Assembly (NCBI GenBank): GCA_003142215.1
Contig: PLOT01000126.1
Span: forward strand, 5,968 to 53,679
DNA: 47,712 nt
Direction: 5' to 3'
Source: Granulicella sp.
Lineage (GTDB): Bacteria > Acidobacteriota > Terriglobia > Terriglobales > Acidobacteriaceae
Shown here: piece after piece, positions 35,384 to 44,393 of the stretch
Position numbering within the stretch: position 1 is the stretch's first letter
Layout of the letters: each line of letters starts with the position of its first letter
Notes under the pieces: generated by a model
What the model was told of the DNA's origin: nothing
The model's database searches: none
What the model saw: the letters and a program-made list of their open reading frames with translations, nothing else
Translations under genes and position numbers: made by a program

Positions 35384-36985
35384 TCAATGCATGGGATCGG
35401 CGGTGGTGTAGCCGATGTTCTTGAGGGCATCGGGCCCGAGGCGTTCGGCTAACTGGGAGAGGTAGAGGCTCCGCGGAGTAACGTGCTTGCCCTGCGATTC
35501 GATGATGCCTGAGGGAAGCGGAGTACCGTGTACACGGCCACCATTCCCGTCGGGCACACCCTCGCTTTTAAGCGGACCGCGATTGCCCATTGCCCAGGTG
35601 ATGGTTCCGGGCGCCTGCTGGATGACGAAGTTGCCGGCGGTGCTGTTCCAGACAACGCCCCAGCCCATCGCCCAGCCCTGGCCGGTGCCCATATTGCCGC
35701 GGTTGACAAGGTGTATGCCGCTGTCCGGGACAGAGCAGTTGTCGACCAACAATCCGGTGGACCAGTTTCGGTGAGGTTCCAGGTTGCCGTTGCCGTGAAA
35801 GATCGAATTCAGGATGACGACGGGACCCTGCTGGCGTGGCCCGGTGGCGAAGTAGAAGACGTTGTCGCCGGTTCCGGTGGCACGGTCGACAAGCACCTGA
35901 GTGCCGCCGATATCAAAATCGAAAGGCTTTGCGGAGCTGGTGATGGTCTTGCTCTGCTCGACGTCAACGCGCGCGAGCGTAATGCGCTCGGAGTTACCGT
36001 CCATGCGAACGCCTTCGGTAGTGTCGATCATGGCGACATTGCGCACCCAACTGTCGGCGGCGGCGTCGATCTCCATCGCGATGGTGTGTGCGTCGTGGAA
36101 GCCCACACTTACTGCAGGGGCAACGATGCGAAGGTCTTCGACACCCACTTCGTTGACCTGCCCGGATACTGCGACGGGTTGGACCGTGAATTGTTCTGTG
36201 CTGAGAAACTGTGAATCGTAGGAATCCATCAGTGCGATTTTGAAGGTGACGGCATTGCCACTGACGGCGGTGACAAGGCGACGCACTTTAAGGGTTCCCT
36301 GGACCCAGTGTTCGTCGCGGTCCGGGCGCTCCAGGTCGCTCATGCCCATATATTTAACCCACGCAGGAGTAACCGGCTTGGAGATCTCTACCAGATCGCC
36401 GGCGTGGATGTTCGTTGCATCCGCGACGTGGACGGTATGCGCGCCGAAGGGGACGTAGGCGTCGGTGATGTCGGCGGCAGGCGAGAGGGTCTTCAGCGCA
36501 AAGTCGCCTTTTAGGATGATGCCGACGTGCGGGTCTCCGGCCAGGTTGATGGTGGTCGTCTCATGGTCCGCACCGCTGCCCGCACCGCGCAGGACCACAC
36601 CGGAGGCCGCAATTGTGAGCGCGGCGGAGCAGTGAAATACGCCTGGGGCGAGTTGTACGGCACCGCGGGAGCCATTGGCGTCGAGCGGACGGGCAGAGAC
36701 GGTATCGATGGCGTGCTGAATGGCGGCAGTGTCGTCTGCTCCCGTTGGCAAGAGGTTGATCTGTGCGGGAACGGTGGGAAGCGCGACGCCGCCGGAGCGG
36801 TAGCCTGCGAACGAGTAGTCGGGAATCGTGGCGCCGTTCTTATCGCTGCGATATATAAGATGGCCATTGGCACTAGGATGGACCCACTGGCTCTGCTGCG
36901 CGAGCAGCGCTGGAGCGAAGAGCGCGAGCAGCGCTGGTGCGAAGAACAGCAGGGTAGCGGCGCGAAGAGATTTCACGCAAACCAT
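35384..36985 (-). CDS. Secreted parallel beta-helix (pectin-lyase-like) protein, probable polysaccharide-active enzyme
   Basis: Signal peptide, IPDYSFAGY..GG, DDTAAIQHAID, SGVVLRGAG, EPHRNWSTGLLVDN, NRGNMGTGQGW. Start ATG 36985 preferred over 37135. Confidence 0.8.
   Translation of the reverse strand: MVCVKSLRAATLLFFAPALLALFAPALLAQQSQWVHPSANGHLIYRSDKNGATIPDYSFAGYRSGGVALPTVPAQINLLPTGADDTAAIQHAIDTVSARPLDANGSRGAVQLAPGVFHCSAALTIAASGVVLRGAGSGADHETTTINLAGDPHVGIILKGDFALKTLSPAADITDAYVPFGAHTVHVADATNIHAGDLVEISKPVTPAWVKYMGMSDLERPDRDEHWVQGTLKVRRLVTAVSGNAVTFKIALMDSYDSQFLSTEQFTVQPVAVSGQVNEVGVEDLRIVAPAVSVGFHDAHTIAMEIDAAADSWVRNVAMIDTTEGVRMDGNSERITLARVDVEQSKTITSSAKPFDFDIGGTQVLVDRATGTGDNVFYFATGPRQQGPVVILNSIFHGNGNLEPHRNWSTGLLVDNCSVPDSGIHLVNRGNMGTGQGWAMGWGVVWNSTAGNFVIQQAPGTITWAMGNRGPLKSEGVPDGNGGRVHGTPLPSGIIESQGKHVTPRSLYLSQLAERLGPDALKNIGYTTADPMH
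36898..36945. repeat. 24-bp tandem duplication in a signal peptide (FAPALLA twice)
   Basis: gcgcgagcagcgctgg(a/t)gcgaaga x2. Confidence 0.9.
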
Positions 36986-37355
36986 TATACTTCCATACCT
37001 CCTATCCGGAGATTTCTGCAAAACGGGGTTTTGAGTAAAGTCGCAGAGCGGCGGGCCAATCCCCGGCACTTTACTCAAAACGAGACTTTTCAGGTACATC
37101 GGAAACTGAATCACAGATCTGGGTTTGTCGATCAATCTTGAATCACACGTGTTTTGTCCGTTGAAGAGTCAGATATCTTCGCCACCTTTCTCCTCGCTGG
37201 TCTGGCTTCGAGCAGAACCGTCTTTGCACCGGAGAAGTTGGAATGTGATGCCCGTCACATCCTCCAACTTCTCCCAATGAAATACTTCGACCTCGTGCCA
37301 TCCTGTCCGAGGTCAGTCTTACTGGTCATCCCGGGCTGGCTCCCGGAGACTCTCT

Positions 37356-37766
37356 ATGACGCAGGTTTCGTCGGCATTCGTTGCTGATCCCAAATTGACA
37401 CAGGAACTTGAGAGGCTATCCAAGCCGATAGCCCTTGGCTTAGACCGCGTCCTCTTTCATCAGGGCGATGCGCCCACCGGCGTCTACATTATCAGGAAGG
37501 GGGCGGCCACACTGACCCGTCGGTTTGATGACGAGGCGATCCTCAGCGTCCAAGTGGGCGCTGGCTCGCTGCTTGGTTTGCCTGCGGTCATTGGGGCGAA
37601 ACCGTACTCTCTGACGGCGGAAGCTCTGGAAGGAGCGGAACTGAGTCTGGTGACCCGCGGAGACTTCGTCGATCTCATGCAGACGGAGCCGTTACTGTCG
37701 TTCCAGGTACTGAAGGTACTCGCCGAAGAAATCAGATTTGCTCGTGAGTCGCTCTTGCACCCGTGA
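37356..37766 (+). CDS. Stand-alone cyclic-nucleotide-binding (Crp/Fnr N-terminal-like) domain protein
   Basis: VLFHQGDAPTGVYIIRKG, GAGSLLGLPAVIG.KPYSLTAEA. 136 aa, no HTH. Confidence 0.85.
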   Translation: MTQVSSAFVADPKLTQELERLSKPIALGLDRVLFHQGDAPTGVYIIRKGAATLTRRFDDEAILSVQVGAGSLLGLPAVIGAKPYSLTAEALEGAELSLVTRGDFVDLMQTEPLLSFQVLKVLAEEIRFARESLLHP

Positions 37767-38019
37767 GATTGTATGCCGGAAGACACCTCCGCCCTTCGTT
37801 CGAGGGTGGACGTACGATCTCTATCCGACGTTTTCCTGTTCAACTCGTTGGCTTAAGCTAACCATTGGACAAAGCAGCTGGAGATGACTGCCATAGGCAT
37901 GGCTGTATGATGCGCGTTGCACTCGCAGCATTCAAGCCCCTGTGGATTTCAAACTTACCCACTACCGACAAACAAGTCGATTGCGGCTCAACCTGCCTGA
38001 GGCACTACACTTGTGCGAT

Positions 38020-39096
38020 ATGGCAGAGAAGCTGGGAGAAGACGGCGGTCTCAATCGTGGCAAAGAGCGGGGCCGAGTTGTGCTCTGGGTGAGCGGGGCG
38101 TGGGTCCTGCCATTCCTGGGAATCGTGGTTTGGTTTCACCCCGGCTCCCTATTCGTCAATGCCCTTCTTGTTCTGCTTGCGGTACTGTTTGCTCCCCTTC
38201 CCGCGCTGCTTTATTGGCACAGGCAGCGTGGCCGCTTGCTCGCCAAGGCGGCGAATGCCGAGGAAGAAGTTGCGCAACTGAAGTTGCAGTTGGAGACGGT
38301 GCGGTTCCGCACATCGAGATTGCGGGAGGAGTTGCAGGCTGCCGACCGGCAGGCCCGGCTGTCGCACCAACTTGAGCTTCTCGGCCAGTTCACGGCGGGC
38401 TTCATGCACGAGTTCAACAACCCGCTGGCGATTGTGGCGGGGCGCCTCGAAGTATTATTGGACGAACGCAAGCAGGATGCCGCACTCTGCGCCGATCTTG
38501 ATGAGATGCTCAAAGAGTCTCGCTACATGGGCAACATTGCGAGTACGCTGCTACAGGCGCTGCGACGGGAGCGCGGCGGAGAAGTCTACGAGGCCTCGGC
38601 CCCGCAGAAGGTCCTGGAGGATGTGCTGAAGACGCTGCGGCCATCGGCCGAAGGCCAGGGTGTGAGGTTAGTCGAGGAGATTGCGGAAGCGCCGCGTGTG
38701 GATGTGCCTGAACATGTGGTTGGCGAGGTCGTTCGCGGCCTGTTGAGCAATGCGCTCCAGGCGTTGAAGGGGCGCGACGAGGTTATGATCTGGGTGCGTC
38801 TTGATCCTTATCGCACAGCGGGCTCTAAAGTGGTGATCCGCATCGAAGACAACGGGCCGGGCGTGCCGGAGAGCATCCGCGCACACCTCTTCGAGCCGTT
38901 TGTCTCGCAGAGCGCAGGGCGCGAGCGGCTGGGTCTGGGGCTGTTTCTGGCCGCAAGCCTGTTGGATATGTATGATGGCCGGATTCGCTATGAGCCGAGG
39001 AATGGCGGCGGTGCCAGCTTCGTCATCGAGCTGCCCCCGGCGCGATTCACACATGGCCAGCCTTATCATTGGTTCGCCGGAGGAAAGACAGAGTGA
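38020..39096 (+). CDS. Sensor histidine kinase with two TM helices and no large periplasmic domain
   Basis: H-box FMHEFNNPL, N-box LLSNALQA, G1 IEDNGPGVP, F-box LFEPF, G2 GLGL. Start uncertain (37942 or 38020). Confidence 0.9.
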   Translation: MAEKLGEDGGLNRGKERGRVVLWVSGAWVLPFLGIVVWFHPGSLFVNALLVLLAVLFAPLPALLYWHRQRGRLLAKAANAEEEVAQLKLQLETVRFRTSRLREELQAADRQARLSHQLELLGQFTAGFMHEFNNPLAIVAGRLEVLLDERKQDAALCADLDEMLKESRYMGNIASTLLQALRRERGGEVYEASAPQKVLEDVLKTLRPSAEGQGVRLVEEIAEAPRVDVPEHVVGEVVRGLLSNALQALKGRDEVMIWVRLDPYRTAGSKVVIRIEDNGPGVPESIRAHLFEPFVSQSAGRERLGLGLFLAASLLDMYDGRIRYEPRNGGGASFVIELPPARFTHGQPYHWFAGGKTE

Positions 39097-40493
39097 ACCG
39101 GATTCTGGTCATCGACGACGAACCCGCGCTGGGGGAAAACATCCAGCGGATGCTGCGATCGACCGGCGTCACGGTTACCGTTTTTGTCGACCCTGCCAAG
39201 GGGCTGGCCGAATGCCTGGCCAACCCGCCCGACCTGGTTCTGCTGGACGTACGCATGCCGGGGATGTCGGGGGAAGAGGTCTTTACCCGGCTGCATGAAG
39301 CCCATCCCGGACTTCCCATCGTCTTTCTCACCGCATTCGGGTCGGTGGAGGGCGCAGTGCTGGCGACGCGCAATGGCGCCTTCGATTATCTGCAGAAGCC
39401 CTTCAACCGGGAAGATCTTCTGCTGGTGGTGAAGCGGGCTCTCTCCCACGCCAAACTGGAGCACGAAGTCGAGACGCTGAAAGACCGTCTGGAGGCCCTC
39501 GGAGAGACAGAAGCCGCGCAAAGCCGAAGTCCCACCATGCTGGACCAAATGAACAAGTGCCGCAGTGCGGCGGCCACCGACGCGACGGTCATGATCCTGG
39601 GCGAGAGCGGTACGGGCAAGGAGGTGATGGCCCGTTTCATTCACAACCAGAGCCGGCGCAAGGAAGGCCCGTTTGTGCCCGTCGAGTGCAACGCCATGCC
39701 AGGGTCGCTGATCGAGAGCGAGCTGTTTGGGTATGAGCGCGGAGCCTTCACCGGGGCGGAGCGCACCAAGAAAGGACTCATCGAATCGGCCGACGGAGGC
39801 ACGCTGTTTCTGGACGAGATCGGCGACCTGGGGGTGGAACTACAGACGCGGCTCTTCCGGTTTGTGGAGGAACGGGCCTTGCGGCGGCTGGGGGCCCTGT
39901 CGACGCTGCGCGTGGATTGCCGCATCGTGTGCGCCACCAACCAGAACCTGGTAGCCAAGATCAAGGCGGGGACCTTTCGCGAAGAACTCTTCTACCGGTT
40001 GAGCGTGGTCACGGTCAAGCTGCCGGCTCTGCGCGAGAGGCTGGAGGACATCCCCCACCTGGCCCGCTTTTTCCTGGAACGCTTCTCCCGTCGCTATGGC
40101 AAGAGCTTCTCGGGTTCTCCGCAATTTTACGAGGCGCTACTGAGGGAGCGTTGGCCGGGCAACGTGCGCCAACTGAAGAACGTGATGGAAAGGCTGACGG
40201 CGTTGCATCCCGGAGGAGTGCTGGAGCCGGAAAACATCGAGGAGGATTCTCCCAACCTCGAGGCTGCCGCCAGTCTCTCCACCCTGCCTTGGAAGGATGC
40301 CCGGGAACAGTATCTGGCCAGCTTTGAGAGTTCCTACGCGCAAGCCGTGCTGGCGCGTTGTGCCGGGAATGTCAGTGCAGCCGCGCGGGAAGCCGGCGTG
40401 GACCGGAAGACCTTTTACGCGCTGCTCAAACGGGAGAAGGAGCAGACAACTGGGGAGCCGATTCCCCAGTCGGCCCAGGAATGCGGGGAATGA
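39093..40493 (+). CDS. Sigma54-dependent response regulator (NtrC family: REC-AAA+-Fis HTH)
   Basis: LVIDDE, LLDVRMP, GESGTGKE, ESELFGYERGAFTGA, WPGNVRQL, GNVSAAAREAGVDRKTFY. GTGA overlap with the kinase gene. Confidence 0.95.
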   Translation: MNRILVIDDEPALGENIQRMLRSTGVTVTVFVDPAKGLAECLANPPDLVLLDVRMPGMSGEEVFTRLHEAHPGLPIVFLTAFGSVEGAVLATRNGAFDYLQKPFNREDLLLVVKRALSHAKLEHEVETLKDRLEALGETEAAQSRSPTMLDQMNKCRSAAATDATVMILGESGTGKEVMARFIHNQSRRKEGPFVPVECNAMPGSLIESELFGYERGAFTGAERTKKGLIESADGGTLFLDEIGDLGVELQTRLFRFVEERALRRLGALSTLRVDCRIVCATNQNLVAKIKAGTFREELFYRLSVVTVKLPALRERLEDIPHLARFFLERFSRRYGKSFSGSPQFYEALLRERWPGNVRQLKNVMERLTALHPGGVLEPENIEEDSPNLEAAASLSTLPWKDAREQYLASFESSYAQAVLARCAGNVSAAAREAGVDRKTFYALLKREKEQTTGEPIPQSAQECGE

Positions 40494-40501
40494 GATCCCC
40501 A
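40449..40501. promoter_or_regulatory. Tandem upstream activator sequences GGGGA-N6-TCCCC (40451-40468, 40484-40501)
   Basis: ACTGGGGA-gccgat-TCCCCAGT and CGGGGA-atgaga-TCCCCA, 33 bp apart. Confidence 0.7.
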
Positions 40502-40522
40502 TATCCCTAGGAACATCTGCGG

Positions 40523-40535
40523 CAAACCATTGATA
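40523..40535 (-). promoter_or_regulatory. IHF binding site
   Basis: Reverse complement TATCAA-TGGT-TTG matches WATCAANNNNTTR exactly. Confidence 0.65.
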
Positions 40536-40552
40536 TAAAATCTTCCCTACTT

Positions 40553-40568
40553 TGGTCTGTCATGTGCT
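40553..40568 (+). promoter_or_regulatory. Sigma54 -24/-12 promoter
   Basis: TGG-tctgtcatg-TGCT: GG(40554-55)-N10-GC(40566-67), followed by AGGAG RBS and ATG 40595. Confidence 0.7.
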
Positions 40569-40594
40569 TAACAACACAGCAGGAGCTCCCTCAA

Positions 40595-41944
40595 ATGAAA
40601 CTTTGGACCTCGGGCATAAAGGTATGTCTTTTGGTGGTCGGCTTTGTCCTGCTCATGCCGCAACAGGGGCACGCGATTCCGGCGTTCGCCCGCAAGTACG
40701 GCGTCAAGTGTTACGCCTGCCACACCGTTCCGCCGGCGCTGAACAAAAACGGCTATATGTTCAAGCGCCTCGGCTACCGGTTGCCTCCCGATGAGATGGA
40801 TGGAACCAAACCAGCGCCCAAGATCACCGAGCTGGATAAGAACAACAAATTCGATATAATCAATGCCCTGGCCTTGGTTCTACAAACCAGCTTCACCGCC
40901 GACAAGACCGTGGCGGACGCCGGCAATACCACCTCCGCATCTCCCTCCTCGTCGTGCAACAGCGGCACAGACGGCACACAGCAGAGTTCCTCCTGCTCCA
41001 GCTTCAACCTGGATGAGGCCGCGCTCTTCTTGGCTGGACCTATACCCGATACCGGCTTCTCCTACTTTGGCCACTATGAGCTTTACCAGGATGGCACCAA
41101 CGACTTGGAGCAAGGTTTCGGAGTTTACACCGGAGGCCGAGCCAACAGCAGTTACTTCATCAAAGCTGGTGAGATGCACATGCAGGAGGGCGAGGGAACG
41201 CGGGCAGCCATGTTCTACAACCTCTTCTCCGACCCTGCCTACACGCTGACCAACGTCGACCCCATCAACTTCTCGCTCGATCAGCATCCGGTTGGTGTGG
41301 ATGTGGGATATACCTGGGCCTCGAACTACTTCAAGCGGGTCTTTGCCGCCTCGGCAAAGGTGACCAACGGACTGAACGCGGATGGCAGCGAGATTCTTGG
41401 CAGTTCGACCAAGAACTCCAAGGACGTGTGGGCCGACGCCGATTACTGGTTTGGGCCCGACGGCGGCGTGACCGTCATGGTGTACCGGGGATCGAAGGAC
41501 CAGATACAGAATGCGGGTTCCCCCCCCCCACCGAATCAGTTCACCTATCGCCCGACCATGTGGCGATCCGGTGCCTTCGGCAACTACCTGTTCTTCGACA
41601 AGCTGGACCTGCTGGGAGGCTACATCCGCAGCCAGGATGACTGGCAGTGGGTACAGGGCGGACCGCTTTCGCACTACATCGCGAACACCTACCGCGGTGA
41701 GGCAGACTACTACATCAAGCCGGGGCTGGTCCTGATGGCGCGGGTCGATCGTTCGACCCAAAGCATCGCACCGCAGCCGCTGATGCATACGCGGGTCTGG
41801 AGCGTCGGTGGCGAACATGCTCTCACCGATCTGGGCAACGTCATCGCCCGCGCCGCTTATACTCAGGAGCACGATGGCGACCCGCTCGCCTTGGTGGGCA
41901 CCACCGACAAGTCGTTCAAATTCGACGTTCGATATATGTGGTAA
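40595..41944 (+). CDS. cyc2: Cyc2-like fused monoheme cytochrome c - outer-membrane porin
   Basis: Signal peptide followed immediately by AIPAFARKYGVKCYACHTVPPALNKNGYMFKRLGY (Cyc2 signature PxFARxxxxxCxxCH...PxL...G..F...GY). Remainder is beta-rich and ends FKFDVRYMW. Confidence 0.82.
   Translation: MKLWTSGIKVCLLVVGFVLLMPQQGHAIPAFARKYGVKCYACHTVPPALNKNGYMFKRLGYRLPPDEMDGTKPAPKITELDKNNKFDIINALALVLQTSFTADKTVADAGNTTSASPSSSCNSGTDGTQQSSSCSSFNLDEAALFLAGPIPDTGFSYFGHYELYQDGTNDLEQGFGVYTGGRANSSYFIKAGEMHMQEGEGTRAAMFYNLFSDPAYTLTNVDPINFSLDQHPVGVDVGYTWASNYFKRVFAASAKVTNGLNADGSEILGSSTKNSKDVWADADYWFGPDGGVTVMVYRGSKDQIQNAGSPPPPNQFTYRPTMWRSGAFGNYLFFDKLDLLGGYIRSQDDWQWVQGGPLSHYIANTYRGEADYYIKPGLVLMARVDRSTQSIAPQPLMHTRVWSVGGEHALTDLGNVIARAAYTQEHDGDPLALVGTTDKSFKFDVRYMW
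41520..41529 (+). repeat. C10 homopolymer inside the cyc2-like gene
   Basis: ggtt-CCCCCCCCCC-accg, encoding SPPPP. Confidence 0.9.
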
Positions 41945-41961
41945 TTCGATATATGTGGTAA
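41928..41961 (+). repeat. Exact 17-bp tandem duplication spanning the cyc2 stop codon
   Basis: TTCGATATATGTGGTAA x2. Confidence 0.95.
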
Positions 41962-41973
41962 GGAGAGACTGAT

Positions 41974-42384
41974 ATGCATAAAGCACTCGCAATCGTGGCG
42001 TTCGCTGGGCTTACCCTTCCCCTGATTCTCGCTGCGCAGAGCAGCGGTAACGTGGCCCTTCCGCAAGACAAGGGGCCGGCTAAGATCGATATATCGGCCT
42101 ACCCAGCGGCACAGCAGCAGGGGTACAAGGTGTTTGTGGACAAGTGCGCCAAATGTCACACCATTGCGCGCCCCATCAACACCACCATGACAAAGGATGA
42201 ATGGGAGCGCTATGTGAAGCGGATGATGCACAAGCCGAACTCGGGCATCAGCGACACCCAGGGGAAGACGATCTTCGACTTCCTTGCCTACGACCAGGCG
42301 ACCCGCAAAGACAAGAACCCGTCGGCGTTCTCCAAGTCTCTCAGCGACGATGAGATCGAGAAGCTGAAGGCCGCGCAGCACTAG
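41974..42384 (+). CDS. Periplasmic monoheme cytochrome c
   Basis: Signal peptide, CAKCH, W..YVKRMM (candidate Met ligand), AAGGAG RBS. Confidence 0.9.
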   Translation: MHKALAIVAFAGLTLPLILAAQSSGNVALPQDKGPAKIDISAYPAAQQQGYKVFVDKCAKCHTIARPINTTMTKDEWERYVKRMMHKPNSGISDTQGKTIFDFLAYDQATRKDKNPSAFSKSLSDDEIEKLKAAQH

Positions 42385-42445
42385 AGCGCCGTTGCTTGGC
42401 TTTTCAGGTCTTGCCTCAACATGACAGGGATGCGTAGCATTCTAT

Positions 42446-42476
42446 CCCCGGCGAAGATTAGCCTCTCTCGCCGGGG
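42446..42476. other. GC-rich stem-loop in the 170-bp intra-operon spacer
   Basis: CCCCGGCGA-N13-TCGCCGGGG, no clear U-tract. Confidence 0.6.
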
Positions 42477-42554
42477 CGTTGTTTCAAGTAAACCGTTGCG
42501 CAGGTCAAATGCTCTGAGCTGCTGCATCTGAAAACTCGTCATAGCAGGGAACGC

Positions 42555-44381
42555 ATGAGCTATTCCATCACAGTCCCGGACCAGGAATACTTCGACAAGA
42601 ATATTCCGTGTCGCGCTGCCTGCCCCATTCACACGGAATGCGGACGTTATGTACAGGCCATCGGGATCTCGAAAGATGAGGAAGCATATCTTCTGGCCCG
42701 CGCGCCCAATCCCTTCGCCTATGTGCTGGGGCGAATCTGCGCGCATCCCTGCGAGGACAACTGCCGGCGCGGCAAGATCGACGAGCCGATCGCCATCTGC
42801 GCGTTGAAGCGCTACGCCACCGACCGGCACAACCTGGGCACCGGACACGATCCGGCGCGGAAGAAGCTCCCTCCCGCAGCTAAACGCGACAAGAGTATAG
42901 CGATTGTAGGGGCCGGTGTATGCGGTCTTACCTGTGCCCACGATCTGGCCCTGCTGGGATACACCGTCGATGTATACGAGTCGGCTCCGGTCCCCGGTGG
43001 AATGCTCTATCTGGGCATCCCGCAGTTTCGCCTGCCGCGAGAGATCATCAAGATGGAGGTGGACAACATCCTCGCCATGGGGGTGACGCTGCATACTCGT
43101 GTGACCCTGGGGCGCGACATCTCCTTCGCCGATCTGCGATCGAAGTCCGACGCGGTCCTGCTGGCCACAGGGCTCAACAAGGGTCGCGAGCTGAACATTC
43201 CTGGAGCGCATCTAGCGGGTGTGTACAACGGCATCGACTTCCTCATCAATGTGAATCTTGGCTTTGAGATTGAGCTGGGCAAGCGGGTGGTTGTGGTCGG
43301 AGGCGGCAATGTGGCCATCGACGTGGCGCGCGCGGCGGTGCGCCTGGTGCAGGAAGGATCGATGGATTCACCCGGTGAGAGTCTTCAGCCTGCTCTGGAC
43401 GCGGCCCGCCTGGCGATGCGCTCGGGCGCTCAGGAAGTCGACATGGTGAGCCTCGAATCCCGCGCGCAGATGCCCGCGTGGAAGGGTGAGGTGGACGAGG
43501 CCGAGCAGGAAGGAATCGTGGTGGACAACGGTTGGGGGCCGAAGGAGATCGTGGGGGAGAACGGCGTTGTCACAGGTCTGAAGGTCCGCCGCTGCCTCAC
43601 GGTCTTCGACGAAAATGGCCGCTTCAATCCCGCCTTCAGCGACGAGGAAAAGATCATTCCCTGCGACAGCGTGATCCTGGCCATCGGCCAACAGGCCGAC
43701 GTCTCTTTCCTCAGCGGCGATGAGGGCATTCAGGTGACGCCCCGCGGAATCCTCAAGATCGACGAAGATCTGGCGACCACCGCGCCGGGCGTATTTGCCG
43801 GAGGCGATGTGGCCTTCGGCCCGCGCGTCCTTGTGGAGGCTGTGGCAAATGGCCACCGCGCGGCGCGCTCGATTCATGTCTATCTCAGCGGCACGACTAA
43901 AAAGACCATACGCAGCCGCTTCCGCATCATGCCCAACTGGTCCATGCCGCGCGGCTTCCTCACCACGCCACGGCAGAAGATGCCTGTGCTGGCGGCCAAC
44001 CGCAGGATCGGCATCGCCGAAGTCGAACTGGGTTTTGACGAGGAACAGGGCCGCGCCGAGGGCCTCCGCTGCCTCAACTGCCAGGTAAATACCATCTTCG
44101 ACGGATCGAAGTGCATCCTCTGCGCGGGTTGCGTAGACGTCTGCCCGGAGAGCTGCCTGCGCCTGGTGGACCTGGCACAGGTGAGCGGTGACCAGCGCTA
44201 TGACGCACTGATTCAATATCGCTATGGAGTGGCCGCGGCCGAACTCAAGGCGGGACAGGCTGGGGCCATCATCAAGAACGAAGAGAAGTGCATTCGCTGC
44301 GGTCTCTGCGCAGACCGCTGCCCAACCAACGCCATCACTATGGAAGCTCTGGAACAGCAGGAACGGGAAGTTTTTGAGTAA
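42555..44381 (+). CDS. GltD/SudA/NfnB-like FAD/Fe-S pyridine-nucleotide oxidoreductase with C-terminal 2x[4Fe-4S] ferredoxin
   Basis: CRAACP, LGRICAHPCEDNCRR, GAGVCG, GGGNVAID, GVFAGGD, RCLNC, CILCAGCVDVCP, CIRCGLCADRCP. No signal peptide. Confidence 0.92.
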   Translation: MSYSITVPDQEYFDKNIPCRAACPIHTECGRYVQAIGISKDEEAYLLARAPNPFAYVLGRICAHPCEDNCRRGKIDEPIAICALKRYATDRHNLGTGHDPARKKLPPAAKRDKSIAIVGAGVCGLTCAHDLALLGYTVDVYESAPVPGGMLYLGIPQFRLPREIIKMEVDNILAMGVTLHTRVTLGRDISFADLRSKSDAVLLATGLNKGRELNIPGAHLAGVYNGIDFLINVNLGFEIELGKRVVVVGGGNVAIDVARAAVRLVQEGSMDSPGESLQPALDAARLAMRSGAQEVDMVSLESRAQMPAWKGEVDEAEQEGIVVDNGWGPKEIVGENGVVTGLKVRRCLTVFDENGRFNPAFSDEEKIIPCDSVILAIGQQADVSFLSGDEGIQVTPRGILKIDEDLATTAPGVFAGGDVAFGPRVLVEAVANGHRAARSIHVYLSGTTKKTIRSRFRIMPNWSMPRGFLTTPRQKMPVLAANRRIGIAEVELGFDEEQGRAEGLRCLNCQVNTIFDGSKCILCAGCVDVCPESCLRLVDLAQVSGDQRYDALIQYRYGVAAAELKAGQAGAIIKNEEKCIRCGLCADRCPTNAITMEALEQQEREVFE

Positions 44382-44393
44382 GGGAGCAAGGCA

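Noticed and set aside
42381-42516. Possible CTAG-targeting MITE (ctagagc...gctctg)
   Set aside because: The inverted match is only about 5 bp, which is insufficient.
42555-44381. Calling the oxidoreductase DsrL or glutamate synthase GltD
   Set aside because: No dsr or gltB genes are adjacent and the YRR motif is absent. Context points to a Rieske/cytb-associated subunit.
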